Origin: a virus
IMG/VR virus record: IMGVR_UViG_3300013132_002633
Span: 12,497-76,496 of that record
Reading direction: 5' to 3' (one strand)
Length of the DNA: 64,000 nucleotides
Shown here: piece after piece, positions 47,404-57,040 of the stretch
How the letters are laid out: the number at the start of each line of letters is the position of its first letter
Numbering within the stretch: position 1 is the stretch's first letter
The notes under the pieces: generated by a model
The model's input: the letters and a program-made list of their open reading frames with translations, nothing else
Told to the model about the DNA's origin: nothing
The model's database searches: none
Program-made: the position numbers and the translations under genes

Positions 47404-48368
47404 GTTAATTCACTTTTAATTTTTTCAATATCAACTTTATATAATTCAAACCCAAGTTTTCCTTGTGGTAGATTTTTAATATCATACCCAGTTTCAGTAT
47501 ATATGTCAAATGACTTTGATGGTATAAAATTGTCCAGTGTGTAATCCATAGCTTTTATAAATTGATTACACATGTTTATGGAGTTTATACCACCCTCATT
47601 CATTGCCCATCGTCTACCTTCCAATCCACATGATTCACGTTTCTCATTGCCTATCAAATACCAATACATAATAGCATCGGCTATGTCTGTATAATTTGAT
47701 AGGTCATCCATGATATATGGAGTTGGAGGACTACCTTGTAGATTTTGAACTTTGGTCCAAACAGGTTTTGCCCAAATGCCATGTTTTTTATATCTGCCAG
47801 TAACATTTGTTCCAAACTCCAAATCAAATTCTATAGACGATCCATCATCTTTTGTTAAACCAATTTGGTCTTGTAAACCGCCTGTTACAGTTGATATAAC
47901 AGGAGTTCCACACATGATGCTTTCCGCAATACTCAATCCAAATCCTTCATTTGAACTTATGTTAGCTGTAACATCTGCTAAATTGTAAAATGCAACCATT
48001 TCTTCTGGCGTTCTACGAGATTCATCAATTACAATTTTGTATTCAGGACACACTGCTTGCACAGTTGCGGGTAAGTCTGTTCCAGCTTCACATACTTTAT
48101 CGGTATGCATTATCAATGCACATTTTTTAGCTTCTTCTGGAGTTAATGAACTACAAAATGACTTAAATGCCATTATCAAATTTGCTGGATGTTTACGGTG
48201 TGCATTTCTACTATTAAATGCTACTACGAACTCATATTCATCGTTTCCTAAATACTCTTTACGTAATTTATTAACTAATGAATCATTTTTAGAAATTGGT
48301 TTAAACTCGTTACTATTAATGCCATGTGGCACATAATGTAAAAGCACTTTGTTAGATTTTATAGGCAT
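47400..48368 (-). CDS. GT4 glycosyltransferase, C-terminal part of a split gene
   Basis: Begins at YVPHGIN; RNAHRK, SSNEGFGLS.AE...GTP. Confidence 0.8.
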   Translation of the reverse strand: MPIKSNKVLLHYVPHGINSNEFKPISKNDSLVNKLRKEYLGNDEYEFVVAFNSRNAHRKHPANLIMAFKSFCSSLTPEEAKKCALIMHTDKVCEAGTDLPATVQAVCPEYKIVIDESRRTPEEMVAFYNLADVTANISSNEGFGLSIAESIMCGTPVISTVTGGLQDQIGLTKDDGSSIEFDLEFGTNVTGRYKKHGIWAKPVWTKVQNLQGSPPTPYIMDDLSNYTDIADAIMYWYLIGNEKRESCGLEGRRWAMNEGGINSINMCNQFIKAMDYTLDNFIPSKSFDIYTETGYDIKNLPQGKLGFELYKVDIEKIKSELT

Positions 48369-48373
48369 AAAAT

Positions 48374-48928
48374 TTAAATTTTAATAATATTTCCATTTTG
48401 ATCCAAGTCACCTTCAACTGTAGTACAATTTTCAGGACCCATTACCCATTTATTAATATTGTAAGTTTGTTTACTTATTGAAAACAAAGCATCACAACTT
48501 TGATAAAATGGTTTATTCCACATTGGATACGGTAAATCGTCCCATATTGTTAAATATGTTAAAGGAATTTTACTTCGTATTTGATTTTCAATAGCATATA
48601 ACCACCCCCAAAAACGTGGATCAGTAAAATGTAGAATTGCATCTGGTTTTTCCAAAGCTATAATTTGAAATAACATTTCTTCATCTCCGTATCCATTAGC
48701 AGGATATAGTTTCAAATAGTTATCTTTTCGTCCATTTAATTGATCACATGCTTCCTTCATATCAATGATCTTACCTTTTTCAGGATGATCAATTGCACCC
48801 GCTATCTGTACCCAATCATAGTGATGAAGAGTACCTAATACAAGTTCACGACTCATTGTAGCAATACCCGAATGCATCCTCAGGTCATCAGCTAATAATA
48901 AAATTTTTTTCTTTTTATTAATATTCAT
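48374..48928 (-). CDS. GT4 glycosyltransferase, N-terminal part of a split gene
   Basis: ILLLADD...SG, EKPDAILHFTDP, WDD, SISKQT. Confidence 0.75.
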   Translation of the reverse strand: MNINKKKKILLLADDLRMHSGIATMSRELVLGTLHHYDWVQIAGAIDHPEKGKIIDMKEACDQLNGRKDNYLKLYPANGYGDEEMLFQIIALEKPDAILHFTDPRFWGWLYAIENQIRSKIPLTYLTIWDDLPYPMWNKPFYQSCDALFSISKQTYNINKWVMGPENCTTVEGDLDQNGNIIKI

Positions 48929-48950
48929 ATTTTTAATAAATTACTTTTCT

Positions 48951-49172
48951 TTATTGGTTTAATCCTTTATTTGATAAAGAAAATGGAGTGTTGTGACTCA
49001 GTTTTTGACTGATACTTTCGCTGATTTCGGTTTGAAAATTTATGTCGTTTAAATATTTTTCAAGACATTTGTTTACAAAATCTTGAAGAGATATCTTTCC
49101 ACGAACATTTTCTTCTTTAAATTGATTGTACAATTCCAGATTTAATTTTACTGTGGTTACAACTTGATCCAT
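48951..49172 (-). CDS. Ribbon-helix-helix DNA-binding protein
   Basis: TTVKLNLELYNQFK....ISLQDFVNKCLEKYL. Confidence 0.65.
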   Translation of the reverse strand: MDQVVTTVKLNLELYNQFKEENVRGKISLQDFVNKCLEKYLNDINFQTEISESISQKLSHNTPFSLSNKGLNQ

Positions 49173-49191
49173 AACGTATATGAATATATAT

Positions 49192-49211
49192 ATATGTACA
49201 TATGTACATAT
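49192..49211. repeat. Perfect 20-bp palindrome, candidate operator
   Basis: ATATGTACATATGTACATAT, 19 nt upstream of the RHH gene start. Confidence 0.7.
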
Positions 49212-49229
49212 GTTTATTATAATTTTATA

Positions 49230-50111
49230 TCAAACTTTATCTGCTTTGGCATCGCACGTTTTTTTATAATGTGTACAATATTTACAATTTTTCTTTCTAT
49301 CTCCTGGAATTTTTGGATATGAGTTGTCAGTATTGTATGAACCATCTGATTTAAATCCGTGATCTAAGAACTGAATAAAATTGTTTATAGACTCTTTTAT
49401 TACTGAAGAAGAACTAGCGGGTTTAAATATCTGTATACGACTTTGTGGAAATGACACACCTTCCAGAAGTTTTCTTTTAACTATAAAGAATTCTACGTCA
49501 ATCGCATTTAATGGTACATTAAACTTTTTGCTATAAACGCTTTTGTACAAATGAAGTTGAGAATATTTGCTTTCATCTTCTTTTTGATATTTGTTCCAAC
49601 CTTGCGTTGATGTTTTAAAGTCGATAATGCGATATCGTTCTACATTTTTTTCTTTAAGTACTAAATCTATAAATCCAACGAAATCAATATTATTTTTGAT
49701 TGGAATTTCCAATGGAATTTCTATACCTATCAGTTCATAATCTCCGTGAGGAAAGTATTTAATTCTATTAGACGATTTGAGAAAAACATCTATAATATCA
49801 TGCCCATCAAAAATAAAATCGGTATATTCTTCTTCGGAGTACTCCTTTACCTTCAATACTTCTTCCGCAAATTTATCTTGAAATAGTTTTTTAACATCCA
49901 GTGATTCAGCAGAATTTACACTGTCATTGTACAAAACTGTCAAATACGTTTGAAATGCATGATGAATTGCTGTTCCAAATGTTGTATTCAAACTGTCGTC
50001 ACGCTCACGAAGGCCATCAATATAGTCTAGTTTCCATTTATGTGGACATTTTAAAAATGTAGCATATTGACTAAAACTGACACGTTTCTTTTTATTTTCT
50101 TGTAATTCCAT
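49230..50111 (-). CDS. PD-(D/E)XK exonuclease (RecB/AddB/Cas4-like)
   Basis: SFSQ...CP, FGTAIH, GFIDLV, IIDFKTS, QLHLY, CKYC.....C. Confidence 0.85.
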   Translation of the reverse strand: MELQENKKKRVSFSQYATFLKCPHKWKLDYIDGLRERDDSLNTTFGTAIHHAFQTYLTVLYNDSVNSAESLDVKKLFQDKFAEEVLKVKEYSEEEYTDFIFDGHDIIDVFLKSSNRIKYFPHGDYELIGIEIPLEIPIKNNIDFVGFIDLVLKEKNVERYRIIDFKTSTQGWNKYQKEDESKYSQLHLYKSVYSKKFNVPLNAIDVEFFIVKRKLLEGVSFPQSRIQIFKPASSSSVIKESINNFIQFLDHGFKSDGSYNTDNSYPKIPGDRKKNCKYCTHYKKTCDAKADKV

Positions 50112-50117
50112 TCTTTA

Positions 50118-50145
50118 ATGTTAAACTGTATTTGACAAAAGTCAA
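50118..50145 (-). promoter_or_regulatory. sigma70-type promoter, probably leaderless
   Basis: Minus strand TTGACT-16-TAACAT; ATG 6 nt after the -10; the -35 lies in the inverted repeat TTTGAC-aaaa-GTCAAA. Confidence 0.55.
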
Positions 50146-50169
50146 ATCATAACAACTATATATTAACAT

Positions 50170-50913
50170 ATGATAAAAATACTAAATTTACTGACTATCT
50201 TGAGTTCGTTAACATTACAAGCCGACAATTTGTTTTTATACGATAAAACGAATAAAGTTGAAATATCTGATATACGAGATAATAAATTAAATGCATTTAC
50301 AACTACAATTGGTAAAACATATTCACTTAAAAACAGTTTAAGTGTTATAACCGATACAAATTCTGAATGTTTGTATGTGGTACCACATCAAATAGTCATG
50401 CTTCAGAGAGAAATTACATCGGTATATTTCAGTGGAGACAATATACAATATCATAACGATTTTACATTACCATCTGTTGTAAAAATAAAAGAATCATTAT
50501 TTAATATTTCATCAAATGGAGAACTTTACGTATCAAGTAAAAACACCAATCAAAACGTAATTGGTACAAGTATGGTAAACATTTCTTTTGGTAAAGCGGA
50601 TTTATTTATTAAATCTGGCGAAAAATATACTCAAGTATTTGTAAACGAGGGTGTTGTAACAGTGTTGGATAATAAATCCAGTAAAAAGAAAAAAGAACTT
50701 AAAGCTGGAGATTATTTGGTGGTTACTCCTCAAATCGTATTAAATCCAAAAGACAGTAGTTTAAAAAGCTTGGGTAACAGTTTTAGTATAAAAGAAACTG
50801 AAGATGATGAGATTCAAGCACATAAGAAAACGTTTGATAATTTGCAAAATGTTTTGTACAATACATTGTTTGTTAATTATGAAACAAATATATTTGGAAT
50901 TAAATTAAAATGA
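50170..50913 (+). CDS. Exported FecR-like beta protein
   Basis: Signal peptide; TQVFVNEGVVTV....KELKAGD resembles the FecR C-terminal motif. Confidence 0.5.
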   Translation: MIKILNLLTILSSLTLQADNLFLYDKTNKVEISDIRDNKLNAFTTTIGKTYSLKNSLSVITDTNSECLYVVPHQIVMLQREITSVYFSGDNIQYHNDFTLPSVVKIKESLFNISSNGELYVSSKNTNQNVIGTSMVNISFGKADLFIKSGEKYTQVFVNEGVVTVLDNKSSKKKKELKAGDYLVVTPQIVLNPKDSSLKSLGNSFSIKETEDDEIQAHKKTFDNLQNVLYNTLFVNYETNIFGIKLK

Positions 50914-51139
50914 GACTAGATCAACTTACTTCACTTACTGATGACGAACTATCTATGCTTTGGGGATGTGTCAACTTGGTTAACCAAAGATAATAAACGC
51001 TTATACACTTGATCCAGAATTATTTGTAACTATTAAGCATTCACGATTGATGGATCGACTCATGTATTGTAAGCCAAAAATAAAACAAGAACATCAATTA
51101 ATTTTTGATGGACTTTTAAATAAATTGAAGATAACATAA
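50910..51139 (+). pseudogene. Small gene broken by a one-base frameshift near 50984
   Basis: ATGA-coupled 27-codon ORF stops at 50991; the -1 frame is open 50984-51139; the joined product would be about 76 aa. Confidence 0.5.
51109..51137 (+). promoter_or_regulatory. sigma70-type promoter for polB, probably leaderless
   Basis: TGGACT-17-TAACAT; ATG 6 nt after the -10. Confidence 0.5.
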
Positions 51140-51143
51140 CAGA

Positions 51144-53795
51144 ATGTATCAGAATATATTTGTTTCTCGAAAAGAAAATACGGTTTACTTGTGGGACGAT
51201 ATTAAAGGAATGATTAAATTCCCATATCGTCCGTATGCCTATCGAAAATCTCAACGTGGCATGTATAAAAGTATTTACGGCGATACCTTGGAAAAAATTT
51301 ATAAATTCTCACCAAGAGATCCTAGTTTATTTGAAAGTGATGTACATCCTGAAACAAGAATTCTGATTGATGGTTACGAAGACAGTGATGAACCATCTAT
51401 TGGACATCGTGTTCTTTATTTGGATATTGAAGTTAGTACTGAAGGCGGTTTTCCAAACATGGAAACTGCCGATAAAGAAATTACAGCTATCGCAATCTAT
51501 GATAGTGTTACGCAAAAATATACCGCGTTCATTTTGGATCGTGATCGTAAGATGGATCATTTTGATGATCAAACCAGAGAAGTAATTAGTCTTCAAGATG
51601 AAGAAAGTCTATTGATGCACTTTTTGACTAAGTGGGAAGAAATTCAACCTACAATTGTCACTGGATGGAACAGCGATCAGTTTGACATGCCTTATTTATA
51701 CAAACGAATGAAGGATATTGTTGGACAAAATAACGCGAAGAGAATGAGTCCGATTGGCACAGTATACATCAACGATTATAGTAAAAAATTGATAATCGCT
51801 GGTGTTACTCATTTGGATTATATGAATTTGTATAAGAAGCTTAACATCAAACAAGAAGCTAGTTATGCTTTGGGTGCAATTGGTAAGAAAATTGTTGGTA
51901 TGGAAAAAATTGCCTACCGAGGTAGTTTAGACAATCTATATAAAGAAGATATCAACAAGTATGTTGAGTACAACTTGAACGACGTTCAAATCATTGTGGC
52001 TCTTGAAAAGAAACTACAATTTATTGAGTTAGCCCGAGCTATTTGTCATAAGGGACATGTTCCGTATGAATGTTACGAAAAAAGTTCTAGATTTATTGAG
52101 GGTGCTATTTTGATGTATCTTCGTCGTAAAGGCGAAGTTGCTAAAAATAAACCGCTTGATATGCGTGATGAAGATTCTGGTGAAAATGAAGACGAAGTTG
52201 GATTTGAAGGAGCTTATGTTAAGACTCCTGTGCCTGGTCGTTATGAGTGGGTGTTTGATCTGGATCTTACATCAATGTATCCGAATATCATCATCAGTCT
52301 TAACTTATCTCCTGAGACTAAGGTAGCAGTTATCAATAAAATTGACTATGACCAACAATATCTTTCTGAACGAACTGATGAACTAAAAGAAGATTATGAT
52401 AATCTAAGTGATTCTGGTAAAAATGATATTACATTTGAAGAATATTGTGAGCAAAGAGTTAACAATTACAATGCTCGTATGTTTGTACAAAATAAAGTAA
52501 CTGGTTATCATGTTGGAGGTAGTGTATATACCAACAATGAATTTAGATCGTTAATAACAAATTCTAAATTAAGTGTTGCGGGAAACGGTGTTTTGTGTAA
52601 CACAGAAAAACAAGGAGTTATTCCTGAAATTCTAATTCAGTGGTTCAATGAACGTAAGGAATTAAGAAAGTTAGCTAAAAAACATGCTGATTTAAAAGAA
52701 TGGGAAAAATATGAATTTTATGATAGTCGTCAAAAAGTGCAAAAAGTTTTGCTCAATTCCATTTATGGTGTATTGGGCTTACCGAGTTTCAGATTTTATG
52801 ACAAGGATAATGCGAGTGCTGTTACCATAACTGGTCAGGATATCATTAAATCAACCGGTAAAGCTATCAATGAATGTTTTAAAAAAGCTCTAGGTGAAAA
52901 AGATGGCGATTGGGTAATTTACACTGATACCGATTCGTGTTTCGCAAGTGCTTTGCCCATTATTAAGAAAAATATGCCTGACATTGATTTAAATGATGAG
53001 GCTGCAATGACAGATGCAATTTTGAAGGTTACTGGAGAAGTACAAACATTTGTAAATAAGTTTTATGATGTGATGGCAAAACGATTCTTTAATATTGAGA
53101 AACATCGTTTTGATGCAAAACAAGAAGTTATTGCCAAGACGGGTTTTTGGTTGGCCAAAAAACGATACGCACAGTTTATTATAAACAAGGGTGGTATAGT
53201 ATGTGATGAAATGGAAATTAAAGGTATTGATGTGGTTAGAACATCGTTTCCAATTTGTTTTCGTAAGTTCATGCAAAAGTTCTTGGAAGATATGTTAAAG
53301 AAAATTGACAAAAGTGACATTGATGCTAGTATCTTAGACTTTACAAAAAATCTAAGCAATGTTACAGTTATTGAGATTGCAAAAAACACTAGTGTTAAGT
53401 TTAAGAGTGAGGGTCAAACTAAAATTGATTATAATCCAAAAAGTCGTAGTAAATTTAAATTTGTTAAAGGAACTACTGCTCAAGCTAAAGCTGCTTTGTT
53501 TTACAATGATTTGCTTGAACATTGGGGGCTTGATAAAATTGTACCTCCGATCTTTCACGGTCAAAAAATCAAATGGGTATATTTGAAACAAAATGAATTT
53601 GGTGCAGATTGCATAGCATTAAAAGCAGACGGTACCGATCCAGATCAAATAATGGAGTTTGTCAATAAATACGTTGATAGAAACGCAATGTATGAACAAG
53701 AACTTAAAGGAAAACTGCTTGATTTTTACAATGTATTGAATTGGTCATATCCCAGTGAAAGTGATGCTACTGTGAACGAATTCTTCAGTTTTTAA
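51144..53795 (+). CDS. Family B DNA polymerase (T4 gp43-like)
   Basis: ExoI YLDIE, GWNSDQFD, YNLND; DLTSMYP, KVLLNSIYG, YTDTDS, KKRY. Confidence 0.95.
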   Translation: MYQNIFVSRKENTVYLWDDIKGMIKFPYRPYAYRKSQRGMYKSIYGDTLEKIYKFSPRDPSLFESDVHPETRILIDGYEDSDEPSIGHRVLYLDIEVSTEGGFPNMETADKEITAIAIYDSVTQKYTAFILDRDRKMDHFDDQTREVISLQDEESLLMHFLTKWEEIQPTIVTGWNSDQFDMPYLYKRMKDIVGQNNAKRMSPIGTVYINDYSKKLIIAGVTHLDYMNLYKKLNIKQEASYALGAIGKKIVGMEKIAYRGSLDNLYKEDINKYVEYNLNDVQIIVALEKKLQFIELARAICHKGHVPYECYEKSSRFIEGAILMYLRRKGEVAKNKPLDMRDEDSGENEDEVGFEGAYVKTPVPGRYEWVFDLDLTSMYPNIIISLNLSPETKVAVINKIDYDQQYLSERTDELKEDYDNLSDSGKNDITFEEYCEQRVNNYNARMFVQNKVTGYHVGGSVYTNNEFRSLITNSKLSVAGNGVLCNTEKQGVIPEILIQWFNERKELRKLAKKHADLKEWEKYEFYDSRQKVQKVLLNSIYGVLGLPSFRFYDKDNASAVTITGQDIIKSTGKAINECFKKALGEKDGDWVIYTDTDSCFASALPIIKKNMPDIDLNDEAAMTDAILKVTGEVQTFVNKFYDVMAKRFFNIEKHRFDAKQEVIAKTGFWLAKKRYAQFIINKGGIVCDEMEIKGIDVVRTSFPICFRKFMQKFLEDMLKKIDKSDIDASILDFTKNLSNVTVIEIAKNTSVKFKSEGQTKIDYNPKSRSKFKFVKGTTAQAKAALFYNDLLEHWGLDKIVPPIFHGQKIKWVYLKQNEFGADCIALKADGTDPDQIMEFVNKYVDRNAMYEQELKGKLLDFYNVLNWSYPSESDATVNEFFSF

Positions 53796-53798
53796 AAT

Positions 53799-54215
53799 AT
53801 GAAAAAGATTAATGAGTTATTAACTATCCCAATTGATGGTTGTAAAATTGAATTGTTTTCAAAACATCCATCTTACATACCTATCGCCGAAAGATATCAA
53901 CGAGTTGTAATTGGTCAAAGAGGACCATATATAGAATTCACAAAAAATCAAATTATTGATTCAACAATGTATATACCAAAAGGTCAATTATATAGATTAA
54001 GCGATCCAAAGGTTTATTATATTGAATTTAGAACGATTGAGGGTGATGTGAAGGTTTATTACCAAATGCGTAGTGTAGCGTATGCAGATTATCTAATTAA
54101 TCATTTTTATATCAGTCCATATGATCTCTTTAAAGATGACGGAGTGTGCTGTATACTATCGCCGGTAGAAGCAACAAAACATTCAGAACAATTTTTTGAC
54201 TTTGAAGTAAAATAA
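53799..54215 (+). CDS. Hypothetical protein
   Basis: 138 aa; YQRVVIGQRGPYIEF, YYQMRSVAYADY. Confidence 0.6.
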   Translation: MKKINELLTIPIDGCKIELFSKHPSYIPIAERYQRVVIGQRGPYIEFTKNQIIDSTMYIPKGQLYRLSDPKVYYIEFRTIEGDVKVYYQMRSVAYADYLINHFYISPYDLFKDDGVCCILSPVEATKHSEQFFDFEVK

Positions 54216-54216
54216 C

Positions 54217-54245
54217 TTGATTGTAAACACATTGTAGATTAACAT
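54217..54245 (+). promoter_or_regulatory. sigma70-type promoter
   Basis: TTGATT-17-TAACAT; ATG 9 nt later. Confidence 0.5.
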
Positions 54246-54254
54246 CATACTAGT

Positions 54255-54992
54255 ATGAAAAAACAAACATTAAATTCATTTATTGATAAATATTCACTTA
54301 ACGGTACCATTGAAAGTGTAAAATGGGTTGTTGATAACAACGATAAACAAATCAAAACATCATCAATTAGTGATGATAAAAATGTTTTGAATTTCGTGTT
54401 GGTAAAAGACACTGCAGGTCTTGAAAATGCAGAACTGGGTGTGAACGACACAACCAAGTTGAAGAAGTTGTTGGGTGTTCTCGGAGAAGAAGTAAACATT
54501 GCGTTTAATAAACGAGATGACAAGATTGTATCATTGTCTCTTTCTACGGAAAGTACTGATGTACAGTATGTTACTGCCGATTTGAGCGTAATTCCAAATG
54601 TGCCAGCTCTTAAGAAACTTCCTCCGTTTAATCTAGAAATTCCACTAACTAAGGAATTTGTGAGTACCTTTGTTAAAGCTAAGAGTGCTTTGAGTGATGT
54701 TGATACACTTACTTTCATCAAAGATAAGAAGGATAAGATTAAATTGGTGATTGGATATAGTAGTGTTAACAGTAATCGTATTAATATTGATGTAAAGCCT
54801 ACTGAAGGTAAAGATACTCTTGGTAAGACACTACATTTTAGTGCTAAGTATCTTAAAGAGATTCTAACTAGCAACAGTGATTGTGAAAATGCTGTACTTA
54901 AAGTCAGTGATGCTGGATTAGCGCATGTAGAATTTAACAACGATACATTTAACAGCAATTATTATTTGGTTGAGATCAAAAACATTGACTAA
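54255..54992 (+). CDS. DNA sliding clamp (gp45/PCNA-like)
   Basis: 245 aa alpha/beta pattern, FSAKYLKEIL, ends YYLVEI; between polB and the clamp loader. Confidence 0.7.
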   Translation: MKKQTLNSFIDKYSLNGTIESVKWVVDNNDKQIKTSSISDDKNVLNFVLVKDTAGLENAELGVNDTTKLKKLLGVLGEEVNIAFNKRDDKIVSLSLSTESTDVQYVTADLSVIPNVPALKKLPPFNLEIPLTKEFVSTFVKAKSALSDVDTLTFIKDKKDKIKLVIGYSSVNSNRINIDVKPTEGKDTLGKTLHFSAKYLKEILTSNSDCENAVLKVSDAGLAHVEFNNDTFNSNYYLVEIKNID

Positions 54993-54998
54993 TATATT

Positions 54999-55955
54999 AT
55001 GAGTTTCTTTAGCGAAGAAAATTCTGTAACGGTAAAAAATCACAGTCTCTGGGCGGAAAAATATCGTCCTGACGTATTGGATAGTTATATTTGCGATAGT
55101 CATTTAAAAAATATCTTGAAGGATTTTATTTCCAAGAAGGATATTCCTCACTTGTTGCTTCATGGTAATGCTGGTACTGGCAAGACAACTCTTGCTAAGA
55201 TTCTAACAAAAAACATTCAATGCGATGTAATGTATGTAAACGCATCCGATAATACTGGAGTAGATTTCGTTCGTGACAAGATTAGACCATTTGCTTCTTC
55301 AATGGGGTTTTATGATCTTAAGATTGTTATCTTGGACGAATCGGATTATATGTCGGCTGCTTCACAAGCGTCTCTTCGTAATCTAATGGAAACGTACAGT
55401 AAGACTACCAGATTTATTCTTACTTGTAACTATGTAGAGAAGATTATTTCTCCATTAATCAGTCGTTGTCAAGTGTTTCAGATTGAACCACCTGCTAAAA
55501 AAGACGTAGCTTTATATTCTAAGACCATCTTGGATACCGAAACGATCAAGTATGAATTGTCTGATTTAAAGACTGTCGTGGATAGTTTTTATCCTGATAT
55601 TCGTAAGATTGTTAATTTCATTCAACAAAGTTCTACAAATGGAACTTTGAAGTTGATTAAAACACAGAGTGCTAGCTTTGATCTTAAGAATAAGTTAATT
55701 GAATTACTTAAGAATGCAAAAACTAATAGCAAGGTTTTTAATGAGATTCGTCAGTTGGTTGCTGATGCTGGAACCAAGATGTTTGATGAATTGTATAGTG
55801 AGTTGTATGCTAAAGCTAGTGAATATGCTCCTGGTAAAGAATTGTCTGTAATTATTGATTTAGCTGAACATACTTATCAAAGTGCTATGGTAGTTGATAA
55901 AGAAATTACATTTATGGCTTGTATTGCCAAGGTAATCAAGACTATAGGCAAATGA
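54999..55955 (+). CDS. Clamp-loader ATPase (T4 gp44/RFC small subunit-like)
   Basis: LWAEKYRP, GNAGTGKTT, NASD, ILDESD, ISRC. Confidence 0.93.
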   Translation: MSFFSEENSVTVKNHSLWAEKYRPDVLDSYICDSHLKNILKDFISKKDIPHLLLHGNAGTGKTTLAKILTKNIQCDVMYVNASDNTGVDFVRDKIRPFASSMGFYDLKIVILDESDYMSAASQASLRNLMETYSKTTRFILTCNYVEKIISPLISRCQVFQIEPPAKKDVALYSKTILDTETIKYELSDLKTVVDSFYPDIRKIVNFIQQSSTNGTLKLIKTQSASFDLKNKLIELLKNAKTNSKVFNEIRQLVADAGTKMFDELYSELYAKASEYAPGKELSVIIDLAEHTYQSAMVVDKEITFMACIAKVIKTIGK

Positions 55956-57040
55956 TAAAGTACGTAAAAAAGACTATAAATCGTGATGGTATAGTACGGC
56001 CAGTTGAAATAAATTGGGAGTATGCTATAAGATACGTTGGTCAGAGCGGCACTAGTGGGTATGCTAGTGCTGCAAAGGGTTATATTGCAAACTATATTTT
56101 AAATGGCATACCTATTTCATGGAAACCACTTTCATTTGATGACAGTAGAAATGACAGAAGTTATTATGTAGATATTTTATCTGAAAGTGTCGCTAATAAA
56201 AAAATAAATAAATATAAGAAACAAATAATACACTGTACACCCGATGTGTGGACAAATCATGTTGATAAAACCATAGATGACACTATTGGTTATTGTACGT
56301 GGGAAACCAATAGACTACCAAATTCATGGGTTAAATTTATTAATGGTATATCTGAAGTGTGGGTACCATCTGAATTTAACCGTGAATGTTTCATAGAATC
56401 AGGAGTAAAATCAAATATACACGTGGTACCTCATGTATGGCATGCTCAATCATTGATGAACAAATCTACTGTAACCATATATGATTATATCAGAAATAAA
56501 ATTCCAAACGACAAATTTACATTTTATAGTATTGGCGAACTTAATTACAGAAAGGGTATTGAGGATGTAATTCATTTATTTAATCAATTCAATGATAAGT
56601 ATAAAGATACGCAATTGATATTAAAATTACATCATAGAACATATGACGATGCAGATAGAGAACGATGTATAAAAAAAATATATGATTTGACCAACAAATT
56701 GGGTAAGTCTATATATTTGATTTTGGACAACTTGATACGTGATGAAATAATAGCCATTCATAGTTTTGGAGATTGTTATATAAGTTTGAATAAAGGTGAG
56801 GGGTTTGGATTAACTATATTTGATGCTTTTAATTTCAATAAAAAGATAATCACAACTGGGTATGGTGGTCAAATGGATTATTTGGGTAAAAATTATGGTG
56901 GATTGGTAAATTTTAAATTAAATAATGTTAGTGGAATGAGTGGATTTAATACTAATTATACTGAAGAACAAAAGTGGGCATATCCAGATTTGGATCATGC
57001 TTATGATTTGATGAAATTATGTTATGAAAATAAACTTTAA
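55952..57040 (+). CDS. Glycosyltransferase family 4-like
   Basis: TSGY, TWET, VWVPS, RKG, GEGFGL; likely start 55952. Confidence 0.85.
   Translation: MIKYVKKTINRDGIVRPVEINWEYAIRYVGQSGTSGYASAAKGYIANYILNGIPISWKPLSFDDSRNDRSYYVDILSESVANKKINKYKKQIIHCTPDVWTNHVDKTIDDTIGYCTWETNRLPNSWVKFINGISEVWVPSEFNRECFIESGVKSNIHVVPHVWHAQSLMNKSTVTIYDYIRNKIPNDKFTFYSIGELNYRKGIEDVIHLFNQFNDKYKDTQLILKLHHRTYDDADRERCIKKIYDLTNKLGKSIYLILDNLIRDEIIAIHSFGDCYISLNKGEGFGLTIFDAFNFNKKIITTGYGGQMDYLGKNYGGLVNFKLNNVSGMSGFNTNYTEEQKWAYPDLDHAYDLMKLCYENKL

Noticed and set aside
48368-48380. ATT-TAA-ATT as a second stop-hop in the split GT4 gene
   Set aside because: Landing would be out of frame with the downstream ORF and would meet a stop three codons later.
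49230-50111. CRISPR-Cas system (Cas4-like nuclease)
   Set aside because: No repeat-spacer array or other cas genes are seen, and solo PD-(D/E)XK nucleases are common in phages.
52320-52500. Possible intein in PolB after NLSPET
   Set aside because: A helical insertion with no Cys/Ser start, TxxH or HN end; PolB and NrdJ look intein-free.
54245-54958. 237-aa antisense ORF
   Set aside because: A shadow of the codon-biased sliding clamp gene with no motifs. The same applies to the other short antisense or overlapping ORFs in the track.
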